Positions 53,677 through 63,308 are shown, counted from the stretch's first letter. The stretch is 64,000 nt of DNA from an uncultured Solirubrobacteraceae bacterium (GCA_964588985.1 CAZPQW010000016.1:1-64000), one strand, 5' to 3'. The notes: generated by a model from the letters alone, not told the origin. Numbers and translations: made by a program.

Positions 53677-54654
53677 ATGGACGCCGCCGCCATCTTTCCC
53701 TCCGCGCGGATGCGCGCGGGGATGTACGAGTCCTTCTACCTGCGCGCGGTCTCGCCCAGCGAGCCGGTGGGCGTGTGGATCCGCAACACCGTCCACAAGG
53801 CGCCCGGGCGCCCGCCGCAGGGCTCGGTGTGGTGCACCGTGTTCGACGCCCGCGCCGGCGCGCCCTTCATGCACAAGCACAGCACGCACCAGCTGAGCGT
53901 CCCCGCCGGCGGCTGGATCGCGATCGGCCCAGACACCAGCATGGGAGCCGGCCGTGCGCAGGGAAGCTGCGGCCCCGCACGCTGGTCGCTGACCTACTCG
54001 AGCGCTGAGCCCGAACTGCGCCACCTCTCCCCCGAGTGGCTCTACCGCATGCCGCTGCCGCGCACCAAGCTCACCAGCCCCGCGCCCGCCGCCGCGTTCG
54101 ACGGCGTGCTCGAGCTGGACGGACGCGACCCGATCGAGCTGAGCGGCTGGCGCGGCATGGTCGGCCACAACTGGGGCAGCGAGCACGCCGAGCGCTGGAT
54201 CTGGCTGCACGGGATCGACTTCGCCGACACGCCCGACGCGTGGCTCGACGTGGCCCTCGGCCGGCTGCTCATCGCCGGCCGCATGACCCCGTGGGTGGCC
54301 AACGGCGTGCTCAGCCTCGACGGCCGCCGCCACCGTCTCGGCGGCCTCGGCGCGCGCGGGCTGCGGGTGAGCGAGAGCGCCCAGGGAGCCGTGCTGGAGA
54401 TCCCCGGCGGGCACGGCCTGTCGCTGCGGGCGCGCGTGGACGTTCCGCCCGGGTCGGCCGCCGGCTGGCGTTACGCGGACCCCGACGGCGGCGAGCACGA
54501 CGTCGTCAACTGCTCCGTCGCCGCGCTCGAGCTGACCGTCGAGCGGGAGGGCGCCCGGTCCAGGACGCTGCGGACGGAGCAGGGCTGCGCGTATGAGTTG
54601 GGGATGCGCGAGCGCGACCACGGCGTCGCGATCGCCCCGTTCTCCGACGGCTGA
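53677..54654 (+). CDS. Hypothetical protein, possible tocopherol-cyclase/lipocalin-like fold
   Basis: YESFYL..GHNWGSEHAERWIW; Trp-rich beta pattern. Confidence 0.75.
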   Translation: MDAAAIFPSARMRAGMYESFYLRAVSPSEPVGVWIRNTVHKAPGRPPQGSVWCTVFDARAGAPFMHKHSTHQLSVPAGGWIAIGPDTSMGAGRAQGSCGPARWSLTYSSAEPELRHLSPEWLYRMPLPRTKLTSPAPAAAFDGVLELDGRDPIELSGWRGMVGHNWGSEHAERWIWLHGIDFADTPDAWLDVALGRLLIAGRMTPWVANGVLSLDGRRHRLGGLGARGLRVSESAQGAVLEIPGGHGLSLRARVDVPPGSAAGWRYADPDGGEHDVVNCSVAALELTVEREGARSRTLRTEQGCAYELGMRERDHGVAIAPFSDG

Positions 54655-54659
54655 CTCAG

Positions 54660-54877
54660 CTGAGATCCACCACTGCGACTGGGCCGGCGAGAAGTTACCG
54701 GCCCAGCCGTGTGGAGGGGTCTGAGGAGCCTTGAACCGGCCCCTCAGGAGGGGAGGAGAGAAACGTCATGTGGGAGTGCTCTGCCGGCTCACGGCGGATT
54801 GGCCTGGATGAGAGACCTCCGCCCAGTCCATCGGACCTACCGTCCCGACTCGCTGGTGAACGTGTTACCGACATTGC
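54660..54877 (-). ncRNA. Candidate structured small RNA (~215 nt)
   Basis: Minus-strand promoter upstream, several hairpins, CU-rich anti-SD tract, no convincing ORF. Confidence 0.5.
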
Positions 54878-54883
54878 TCAGTA

Positions 54884-54911
54884 AACATATCAAGAATATG
54901 GAGATCGTCAA
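54884..54911 (-). promoter_or_regulatory. Sigma-70 type promoter
   Basis: TTGACG-N16-TATGTT with extended TGn. Confidence 0.65.
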
Positions 54912-54961
54912 GGGGTGCCCGTAAAGATCTCCAAAGGCGTCGAGCGGCCGCCGCAGCGCTC

Positions 54962-56713
54962 ATGCCCAAGCTCGATCCGGCCGATCTGCCATATGCAGGG
55001 CATTCCACCATGCAAGAGCCGCAGATCACAACACCGCAGCCCGGGCCGACCGCCGACCCGACGCTCGACGGGCAGCGCCTCACGGTCGCGGCCGAAGCGC
55101 TGCTGCGCGAGCATCCCGACGCTTATGTGTGCGGGCTCGCCGCCAACGGGCTGATAGTTCCCGTGCCGCAGACCGTTGGCCTGTGGGGCCAGGGGCTGAT
55201 CGAGGGCCGGGCGCTGATCGATCACGTGGTGGCGGCCGATCGCATCACCGTCACCAGGCTGTGGGTGCGCATCCAGGAGGAGGGCGCCGCCTCGGCGAAG
55301 GTGCGGATGCTGCGCAAACCGACCAGCTGGGCGACGCTTCACTTCCTCGACCTGCGCGAAATCCACGGCGTGCTGCTCGGCATCGTGATCCCCAGCTCCG
55401 AGGAGGCCCAGGACGCCGGCGAGCTCGAGGAGCTGCCGTTCGCCGCGCCTCGCTTCTGCTCGCTGATGGAGGACGAGACGGCCAAAGTGCTCGACTGCGA
55501 CGACGCCTTCACGGAGATGTTCGGCTACACGCTGGAGGAGCTGCTCGGCGAGTCCGTGCTCGACCAGATCCACCCCGACGACCAGGGCCGCGCGGTGGAG
55601 GGCTGGCTGGCGGTCGTCTCCACCAACCGCGACCAGCAGACCCGCCTGCGCCGCAGGCGCAAGGACGGGACGTGGATGTGGGTCGACACGACGCTTCGCA
55701 ACTACCTCAACCAGCCCGGACGCAACCACGTGCTGGTGGAGATGATCGACATCTCCGCCGAGATGCAGGCCCACGAGGCGCTCCAGGAACGCGAGGAGCT
55801 GCTGCGGCGCCTGACGAACGCGATGCCCGTCGGGCTGCTGCACCTCGACGTGGAGCGCAGCGTCGTCTACCACAACGCCAGACTGCTGGACATCCTCTAC
55901 GGCTCGGACGCGAGCACACCCGAGCAGACCGTGGCCGAAGAGACGCCCGCAACCGGGAGCTCCAACGCGGACGCCGACACCGCGAGCACGCTGCTGCAGA
56001 CGCTGAGCGACGAGGGCAGGGCGGCCTTCGACGCGGCGCTCGCGGAAGTGCTCGGCGAGGGCGCCGATCGCGACGTCGAGGCCGACATCGTGCTGCCCAT
56101 GGGCGCGTGGCGACGCGCGCTCTTCAGCCTGCGTGCGCTGCTGCGCGCGAACGGCGAGGTGAGCGGCGCGATCACCTGCGTGCTCGACGTGACCGACAGC
56201 GCCCGCGCCCGCGAGGAGCTCGAGAAGCGCGCCACGTACGACACGCTCACGCTCTGCCGCAACCGCTCGTCGATCATCGCCGCCCTCGAGCACGAGCTCG
56301 AGCGCGAGGACGGCGCGCGCACGGGCGCTGTCTACGTCGACCTGGATCTCTTCAAGCCCGTCAACGACACCCTCGGGCACGCCGCCGGCGACGAGCTGCT
56401 GGCGCTCGCCGGCGAGCGCCTCAGGCTCGCGAGCCGCGACAGCGACGTCGTGGGGCGCCTCGGGGGCGACGAGTTCCTCGTCGTCCTGCGCGACGTCCCC
56501 GACACCGACACCGCCGTGCGCGTCGCCAACCGCATCAGCGAGGTGCTGTGCGGGACGTGCGAGCTCTCCTGCGGCAGCGTCGAGCTGCGCGCGAGCATCG
56601 GCGTCGCGTGCTCGGCCGACGAGACGATCACGGCCGAAGAGCTCGTCAAGCGCGCCGACGCCGCGATGTACGCGTCAAAGGACCAGGGCCGGTGCGCGCC
56701 CGTCCTCGCCTGA
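54962..56713 (+). CDS. PAS-domain diguanylate cyclase
   Basis: IHPDD PAS/PAC motifs; RDSD I-site; RLGGDEF; start may be 55010. Confidence 0.93.
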   Translation: MPKLDPADLPYAGHSTMQEPQITTPQPGPTADPTLDGQRLTVAAEALLREHPDAYVCGLAANGLIVPVPQTVGLWGQGLIEGRALIDHVVAADRITVTRLWVRIQEEGAASAKVRMLRKPTSWATLHFLDLREIHGVLLGIVIPSSEEAQDAGELEELPFAAPRFCSLMEDETAKVLDCDDAFTEMFGYTLEELLGESVLDQIHPDDQGRAVEGWLAVVSTNRDQQTRLRRRRKDGTWMWVDTTLRNYLNQPGRNHVLVEMIDISAEMQAHEALQEREELLRRLTNAMPVGLLHLDVERSVVYHNARLLDILYGSDASTPEQTVAEETPATGSSNADADTASTLLQTLSDEGRAAFDAALAEVLGEGADRDVEADIVLPMGAWRRALFSLRALLRANGEVSGAITCVLDVTDSARAREELEKRATYDTLTLCRNRSSIIAALEHELEREDGARTGAVYVDLDLFKPVNDTLGHAAGDELLALAGERLRLASRDSDVVGRLGGDEFLVVLRDVPDTDTAVRVANRISEVLCGTCELSCGSVELRASIGVACSADETITAEELVKRADAAMYASKDQGRCAPVLA

Positions 56714-56826
56714 CAAGCGGAACGGCTCGCGCAGAGAACGCAGAAGGGCGGGAAGTCAGGAGCCCGTTACGAGCGCCCGCTCCCCGCCCTCGAGCGAGAT
56801 TGCGAATCTAACCTAGGCGGCGAGGA

Positions 56827-57558
56827 CTATTCGAAGCCGAGGTTTCCCCCGATCAGTTCCTCGTGCAGCACACCCCTGTAGGAGCCGGTTTTGGCTTCGG
56901 GGTGTTTGAATTCCGAGCACTCGCCTTCTTCGAAGCTGAATTCCATGTTCTTGAATTCAGTCGAGATCTGCAGCTCCTTCTGGAAGCCGGTCGGGAACGC
57001 CTTGAGGTGCGTGCTCGCGACTTCTTCGTTCGAGAACAGAGCCGCCGAGTACTGTTCTTCGGGTTTGGCGATCGCCCTCATCGGCACCGTCTGAGCGGGC
57101 CAGCTGATCAGGCACTTGATGCCCGTGATTTTCAGTTCGGCCGCGCCGCTGCCGATTTCAACCGAGCCTTCTTCGCCTTCCGTGCCGACTTCGGCGGAGC
57201 CGTTGGCGTGGAAGCTGTATTCGACCGGCGCCAGGAACCTGGTCTTCAGCGTCGCTGGTTCCGCGCCGACTTTGATCGACGTCGTGCAGCCGTGGTATTT
57301 GGCCACGACCTTCAGCGTCGCGGACGCTTCTTCGGTCACGATCCCCTTCGTGCCCGCGCTTTCGCAGGTTGTGTGGATCGGTCCGAATTTGAACGCCTGC
57401 GGCCCGACGCTGCCGCCCTTGACCTTGCCCGGCGTCGCTTCGGAAATCGTCTTTTTCGCGATGCTGGCCGTAAAGGTGTGGGCCATCGCGGCGGTGGCGC
57501 TGAGCGCAACCGCGCACACGGCAGCCATCAGCCCGAGTGTGATCCTCACGCGTCTCAT
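56827..57558 (-). CDS. Secreted hypothetical protein (243 aa, paired Cys)
   Basis: Signal peptide ending AAMA; AGGAG SD. Confidence 0.85.
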   Translation of the reverse strand: MRRVRITLGLMAAVCAVALSATAAMAHTFTASIAKKTISEATPGKVKGGSVGPQAFKFGPIHTTCESAGTKGIVTEEASATLKVVAKYHGCTTSIKVGAEPATLKTRFLAPVEYSFHANGSAEVGTEGEEGSVEIGSGAAELKITGIKCLISWPAQTVPMRAIAKPEEQYSAALFSNEEVASTHLKAFPTGFQKELQISTEFKNMEFSFEEGECSEFKHPEAKTGSYRGVLHEELIGGNLGFE

Positions 57559-57986
57559 TCTCCTAGGTCCTCGCTTTCGCCCCGGAAGGCTAGATTCGGC
57601 TAGTTGTTGTCAACCTGATGCCGCCCGCGGGTACTTGGGTTCCCCTCCACAGACCCCGAGATGGCGGGCCGAGCATACCATAGGCGCACCGTCCGAAACG
57701 CAGCGCAGAACCTGCCGACATCCAGTATCGGTGGGGAAAATCGCGGACATGGCCGACTCAAAACTCAACCCGACCCGTCACAACCGCTCGACATCTCGTT
57801 TGCATGACGTTCACAAGCGATGATGCTGGACGCTAGCGTACCCAATCGTTTCGCATCGCGCTCCCCGGGCTTAGCTCTGTATTAGGCGCGGCTGGCAGTC
57901 TCCCCTCATGGCTCTACCCTCCCAGGCGTAGGGCCAGGGCCCATCGGACCACCATTCACGGGCCCGCAACCAAGAGCGCACAACCC

Positions 57987-58700
57987 ATGGCCGGTACACC
58001 CAAACGGAAGATCATGATCGGCGTGGCCGTGCTCGCGATCCTCGTCGGGACGGTCCTTGCGATCGTGACGGCCTCCGGCTCGAGCGAGGGGCCGCTGGTA
58101 CGTCCGCACCACGATGCGGATGCTCGCGACAGTCGCGGCGATCTCGCGCTCGCCTCCGCCTACCTCGGCGTCTCCAGGGCGCAGCTTCGACACGAGCTGA
58201 GCTCCGGCTCGACGCTCGCCGACATCGCCAACGCGACCAGCGGGCACTCCGCGTCCGGCCTAGAGCATGCGATGTTCGCGGCCAGAGCGGCGCGCCTGAG
58301 CGAAGCTGTCTCCACGGGAGCGCTGTCCAAGGCCAAGCAGACGAGCAGACTTGCGAGGCTGTCCGAACACCTCGCCGCCGAGATCTACCGTCAGCACACC
58401 GTCAACGCCGGATCCGGCGACATCGCGACCGCGGGCGCCTATCTCGGGCTCACGACCAGGCAGATCCGCGACGAGCTGCGCTCCGGACGCTCGCTCGCCC
58501 AGATCGCGGCCGCCAGGGCGGGGAAGTCCGCCGGCGGCCTGATCCACGCGCTCGTGACCGCCAAGCGCGCCGCGCTCGCGGCCGCCGTCCACTCGGGGAC
58601 GCTCAGCCGCTCGGCCCAGAGCACGATGAGCGCCGAGCTCGAGCGACGGGCGACCGCGGAGGTCGACCGCGTGCCTTCCAAGCGCGCCGCCCGCGGCTGA
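57987..58700 (+). CDS. Exported/membrane-anchored protein with two internal helical repeats
   Basis: AYLGVSRAQLRHELSSGSTLADIA and AYLGLTTRQIRDELRSGRSLAQIA. Confidence 0.8.
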   Translation: MAGTPKRKIMIGVAVLAILVGTVLAIVTASGSSEGPLVRPHHDADARDSRGDLALASAYLGVSRAQLRHELSSGSTLADIANATSGHSASGLEHAMFAARAARLSEAVSTGALSKAKQTSRLARLSEHLAAEIYRQHTVNAGSGDIATAGAYLGLTTRQIRDELRSGRSLAQIAAARAGKSAGGLIHALVTAKRAALAAAVHSGTLSRSAQSTMSAELERRATAEVDRVPSKRAARG

Positions 58701-58717
58701 CGGTCGGGCCGCTCCGT

Positions 58718-59086
58718 TCAGGCCCCCGCCGGGTCCTCCAGCCTGAAGTGCGGGTTCTCGATGATGCCGATCGGCGAGCCCAGCGGGCTGTCCACGCTCG
58801 CCACGCGAATCCCGTCGCCCACGTCGTGGACCGCGCTGCGCTCCGTCGCGCCGTGCGACAGCAGCCACGCCATGCCCGCATCCGCGTCGTCCACGCCCCA
58901 GTAGGTCATCGGACCGTCCGCCGCGGGCATGTCCGGGTTCAGGCCCAGCTCGTAGCCGCCGACGTTGTAACCGACGTAGAACGGCTCGTCGAAATACGGG
59001 GCGATCCCGAGCAGGTCCGTGAACCAGCGCTTGGCCTCGTCGAGGCTCGGCGCCGGGTAGATGATCGTTCGCAGGCCGAGGAACAC
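58718..59086 (-). CDS. VOC family protein
   Basis: GLRTIIY..YVGYNVGGYELGL..DVGDGIRVA..GIIENP. Confidence 0.88.
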   Translation of the reverse strand: MFLGLRTIIYPAPSLDEAKRWFTDLLGIAPYFDEPFYVGYNVGGYELGLNPDMPAADGPMTYWGVDDADAGMAWLLSHGATERSAVHDVGDGIRVASVDSPLGSPIGIIENPHFRLEDPAGA

Positions 59087-59245
59087 AGGTGCAAGTTTCA
59101 CATAGCGAGAGGACGGCACTTTCGCGCGCGCCGGCTGACTTTGCACTCGAAAATGCAGACGTAAGGCTTCTTTCTGAGGCCGTCGATGTCCCCGTCAAAG
59201 GACACGTGTGTGTCCGTATCCAAAAGACCAACAAGGGGGCACAAC

Positions 59246-59704
59246 GTGTTCATGCACCTTGGCAGGCGCAACAAAAGCGCCGGCCGCAAACGTAAGACCG
59301 CGGCGCTGCTTGCGCTCGTGCTTGCAGCCATGATCGGGGTGGGCGCTTACGCGTTTACCGCGAGCAACGAAATCAAAGCTCGGTACGCAGGTGCCGGCAC
59401 AGCGACGGTCAGCGGCTACACGAACGCCAAAGACGTCAGCTACACGTGGAACGAAGCAGGCACCAAGATGACCGCCACCAACTTCGTGTTGGAAGGCAGC
59501 GAAATCCCGTCCGACGTCAAGGTCGCCCTGACCGAAGGCGCTCCGAAAACAGCCGACTGGGTCGACTGTGCAGGCAGCGGTGGAGAAATCAAAGAACTCA
59601 CCGCAACGACGTTCGAAGTCTCCTGCAAATTCGAAGTGGAAAACAAACTAGGTGACAACCTGGCAGTAGCAGCAGTCAGCGAAGGCACCGTGGTCATCGA
59701 ATAA
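59246..59704 (+). CDS. Pilin/TasA-like secreted protein with SipW-class signal peptide
   Basis: Basic N-region, hydrophobic helix, GAYAFTASN; AAGGGGG SD; one Cys pair; directly upstream of a SipW-type peptidase. Confidence 0.75.
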   Translation: MFMHLGRRNKSAGRKRKTAALLALVLAAMIGVGAYAFTASNEIKARYAGAGTATVSGYTNAKDVSYTWNEAGTKMTATNFVLEGSEIPSDVKVALTEGAPKTADWVDCAGSGGEIKELTATTFEVSCKFEVENKLGDNLAVAAVSEGTVVIE

Positions 59705-59720
59705 CGAGACCCATGGGCTC

Positions 59721-59751
59721 GCGGAGCGGCCGGAAACCCCGGCCGCTCCGC
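59721..59751 (+). terminator. 13-bp hairpin between the pilin-like gene and the peptidase gene
   Basis: GCGGAGCGGCCGG-aaacc-CCGGCCGCTCCGC. Confidence 0.7.
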
Positions 59752-59764
59752 ACCTTTACCAGTC

Positions 59765-61648
59765 ATGAAACCGAGACTCGTCAAACGAATCGCATCCAGC
59801 GCCCTAGGACTGATCGTCCTGGGGCTCGTGTGGTTCTACACGGCACCGACGGGCTTCGGCGGCTCCACGACCTACGTGGTCACACACGGAGTCAGCATGG
59901 AACCTCGCTTCCACACGGGCGACCTCGCGATCGTTCGCAGCCAGAGCAGCTACCACGTGGGCGAAGTCGTCGCCTACGAGAGCAAGATGCTCGGCACCGT
60001 CGTGCTGCACCGGATCATCGGCAAGACCGGCGACCGGTACCTGTTCAAGGGCGACAACAACCACTTCATCGACTTCGAACATCCGACCGCCAAGCAGCTG
60101 GTCGGCTCGCTGCGGCTGCACATCGCGGGCGCGGGCGCGGAGTTCCAGTCGATCCGATCCCCGGCGCTCGTCGGGATCCTCGTCGCCGTCGCGATCCTAC
60201 TGCTCACCGGAGGCGTGTTCACCAAACGCCGCAGGCGCAGGCGCAGGCAGGCGCAGGACGATGTGCAGACCACCCAGCACCAGCCGATGCGAGCACTGAA
60301 GCGCCCCTCCGAGCACGCGACCGGCGTACTCACGGTCGGCCTGATCGCCCTGTTCCCGTTCGTGCTGCTCGCGCTGCTCGCGTTCACCCGTCCGCCCACC
60401 GCACGGCGGCCCTCAGAAATCTCCTACAAGCAGAGCGGCAAGCTCTCATACTCGGCGCACGCGACGCCTGGACCGACCTACGCGAACAACGTCGCCCAGA
60501 CCGGCGACCCGCTCTTCACACGCGTCGTCAACGACGTCGACCTGCACTTCGAGTACCGGCTCGACACGACCGCCAAGCAGTCGCTCGCCGGAGCCGCCTA
60601 CATGTCCGCGAACGTCGCATCGACGAGCGGCTGGCACACGACGCTCGCGCTCGGCGGCACCACCCGCTTCCACGGCAACCGCGCGACCGTCGACGCGACG
60701 CTCGGCCTGAACTCGCTTTTCGACCTGCTCCATCGCGTCCAGGCCACCACGGGGGTCAGCAGCGGCTACACGCTCACCCTCGTTCCCCACGTCAGCACGC
60801 ACGGGACGATCGACTCCAAGCCGCTGCACGCGACGTTCGCGCCGCAGATTCCCTTCACCGTCACCCCGCTCGAGGTCGAGCCCGTGGCGGCCAGTACCAG
60901 CACGACCACCACCACCGACGCGAAACCAGCGAAGAGCCCCTTCGCGCCCGCCGCGTCCGGCACGGTGAAGGGAACCGACTACAAGCCGCTCTACCTCCCG
61001 CTCGGGTTCGCGCGTCCGTCCGTGTCCACCGCGCGCCGTGTCGCGCTGGGCGGGATCGCGCTCGTCGTGCTCGTGCTGCTCGGGGTCCTCGCCCTCCCCC
61101 GGCCACGACGCAAGGCCGAGTCGACGACCATCCGTTCGCGTTACGGGCGCATGGTCGTGCAGGTGGATCGCGTCTGGCAGCTGCCCGGGGTGCCAGTGAT
61201 CGACGTCGCGGACATGGACGCGCTCGCTCGGATCGCCGAACACTACGATCGCTCGATCCTGCACGAGACCACCGACGAAGGCGAGGCCTTCTGGGTCACC
61301 GACGAGAGCGGCCAGTTCCGCTACGCGATCGGCGTGTGGGCGCCCGCGGCGCTTGCCCCGGAGGCGATCGGCGAGCAGATCGCGGCCGAGGCTCCCCTCT
61401 ACCCGGAGCCAGAGGCGCCGGCCGAGGAGCTTCCGTACGAACCGTTCACCGGCCAGGCCCACACCGCCGAGATCCCGCTCGGCGGGTTGGTGTCCGTGTA
61501 TGAGACCCAGCCCGCGCCCGAGATCTTCGCGAGCGCCCCGGTCGTGGAGGACTGGGCCGCCCACGACGCCGCCGACGCGATCGTGCGCGAATGGCGCGCG
61601 GGGTGGGACACGGCGGATGTGACGCGGACGTCGAGCAGCCCCGTCTGA
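59765..61648 (+). CDS. Signal peptidase I (SipW/S26B type) fused to a DUF5305-like membrane-anchored domain
   Basis: GVSMEP (Ser), VLHRII (His), KGDNN; further TMs, extracellular beta domain, C-terminal VIDVADMDALARIAE. Confidence 0.85.
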   Translation: MKPRLVKRIASSALGLIVLGLVWFYTAPTGFGGSTTYVVTHGVSMEPRFHTGDLAIVRSQSSYHVGEVVAYESKMLGTVVLHRIIGKTGDRYLFKGDNNHFIDFEHPTAKQLVGSLRLHIAGAGAEFQSIRSPALVGILVAVAILLLTGGVFTKRRRRRRRQAQDDVQTTQHQPMRALKRPSEHATGVLTVGLIALFPFVLLALLAFTRPPTARRPSEISYKQSGKLSYSAHATPGPTYANNVAQTGDPLFTRVVNDVDLHFEYRLDTTAKQSLAGAAYMSANVASTSGWHTTLALGGTTRFHGNRATVDATLGLNSLFDLLHRVQATTGVSSGYTLTLVPHVSTHGTIDSKPLHATFAPQIPFTVTPLEVEPVAASTSTTTTTDAKPAKSPFAPAASGTVKGTDYKPLYLPLGFARPSVSTARRVALGGIALVVLVLLGVLALPRPRRKAESTTIRSRYGRMVVQVDRVWQLPGVPVIDVADMDALARIAEHYDRSILHETTDEGEAFWVTDESGQFRYAIGVWAPAALAPEAIGEQIAAEAPLYPEPEAPAEELPYEPFTGQAHTAEIPLGGLVSVYETQPAPEIFASAPVVEDWAAHDAADAIVREWRAGWDTADVTRTSSSPV

Positions 61649-61677
61649 GCACCGCGTCGATCTTCGCGAAGCCCGCC

Positions 61678-63153
61678 TTACGCCGGAGAGGCTCCGCGAC
61701 TCGCAAGCTGTCCTACGAACCGCACCGCCCCTGGCATCCGGCGCGCGAGCGCAACGGCAACACGATCTGAGCGGCGCATGTACCCTGCCGCCCCGTCGAG
61801 CTCGGCCTGCGGTGCGCGCTCCTCATCCAGAGCGTAGAGGCGCCATGAGCCGGGAACGCCCTTCAGCTCGTGCTCGCCGCGGCTCGTGAACAACATGTTC
61901 GAGCCGACGACGAGCTCCTTGACAGTCGAAGAGACCACGATCTCGCCGGGTTCCGCGAGCGCGCCGACGCGGGCGCCGATGTGGACGGCCAAACCACCGA
62001 GATCGTCACCGACCACCTCGCACTCGCCGGAGTGGATACCGCTGCGCAAACGTATTCCGAGCTCCGCGACGCCCTCGCGTATCGCCTCAGCGCAGCGCAT
62101 CGCGATCGCCGGCCCGTCGAACGCGGACAACGACCCGTCACCGATGTGCTTCACGACTCGGCCGCCGTGCTCGGATACGGTCCTGTCTACGAGTTGGTCG
62201 TGGCGCTCCAGCACCTCTCGCCAGGCGCGATCGCCGAGCTCCGCCGCGCGCGACGTCGAGGCCACGATGTCCGTGAACAGCACGGTCGCCAGTATCCGGT
62301 TCGGCTCTGTGCGGTGCACGGCGCCGGTGACGAACCGCTCGACCTCCTCCACCAGCCCATCGGCGAACCAGAAGGCGTGATCGACACCCGGGAGCGTGAC
62401 GAGGCGGGCGCCGGTTATCCCATCCGCAAGCTGCTGGCCGGCCTCCACCGGAATGATGCTGTCGTCGACCGCATGCACCACAAGCGTCGGCATGCGCACC
62501 GCCGACAGGACGTCGCGCACATCGATCCGTACCACGGTTTCGATGAGGGCTCGGGCCATTCGCGGGCTCGCCGCGGCCCTCGCGAACATCCCGAACCCGC
62601 GCTTCTGCGACTCGGTCATGGTCACGCTCGGGGCCAGGGTCTTCATCAGCATGCCCCCGTCACCCCAATGGTCGAGTATCTCGTCGAAATCCTCGAAGCT
62701 GCGTTCCGCGCGCTGGAGGACCTCAGCTGGCCACGTCTCGCGGGCAGCCTCCATCGCGCATGCGAACGCCCCGAACAGCACCAGCAGCGAGACCCGCTCC
62801 GGATGCATCGCTGCCATCAGCACCGCCGCGGGACCACCCTCCGAGACACCCAAGAGCGCGGCCCGGCGCGAGCCCGCCGCGTCAAGGACCGCGTCCATGT
62901 CGGCCACGCGCTCCTCGAGCGTCGGCAGCTGCCGGACCGGGTCCGACAGACCGGTGCCGGGCTTGTCGTAGATGATCAGCCGCGCGAATGAAGCAAGGCG
63001 GCCCATGAAGCGCGCCATCGCAGGCTCTGCCCACTGCAGATCCAAGTGCGAGATGAAGCCCGGCGACAGGAGCAGATCGACCGGACCGTCGCCCACCACC
63101 TGATAGGCGATCGAGATCCCGTCTCGCTCGACGTACTGCGTCTGCGGCTGCAC
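61678..63153 (-). CDS. Alpha/beta hydrolase-adenylate cyclase fusion (LipJ-like)
   Basis: GVSEGG nucleophile motif; LFTDIVAST, KHIGDG, GLAVHIGARV. Confidence 0.92.
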   Translation of the reverse strand: MQPQTQYVERDGISIAYQVVGDGPVDLLLSPGFISHLDLQWAEPAMARFMGRLASFARLIIYDKPGTGLSDPVRQLPTLEERVADMDAVLDAAGSRRAALLGVSEGGPAAVLMAAMHPERVSLLVLFGAFACAMEAARETWPAEVLQRAERSFEDFDEILDHWGDGGMLMKTLAPSVTMTESQKRGFGMFARAAASPRMARALIETVVRIDVRDVLSAVRMPTLVVHAVDDSIIPVEAGQQLADGITGARLVTLPGVDHAFWFADGLVEEVERFVTGAVHRTEPNRILATVLFTDIVASTSRAAELGDRAWREVLERHDQLVDRTVSEHGGRVVKHIGDGSLSAFDGPAIAMRCAEAIREGVAELGIRLRSGIHSGECEVVGDDLGGLAVHIGARVGALAEPGEIVVSSTVKELVVGSNMLFTSRGEHELKGVPGSWRLYALDEERAPQAELDGAAGYMRRSDRVAVALARRMPGAVRFVGQLASRGASPA

Positions 63154-63308
63154 GACAACGAGTCTACGCTCGCGAGGACGACAAATGTCGAATGCGCGGC
63201 TAGTTCAGGTGTTGGGAACTTCACTACACAGGTCCACAGCCATCGGGCTCCGTATCTTGAGAAAATCGCGCAAATGCCGATAACAAGCGCAAATCGCGTA
63301 GATCACGC

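Noticed and set aside
59132-59185. Resemblance to a c-di-GMP-I riboswitch (GGC..AC..GAAA..GACGtAAgGC) upstream of the pilin-like gene
   Set aside because: P2 is weak, no tetraloop receptor or P1 is evident, and the segment reads equally well as a promoter. An Infernal search would settle it.
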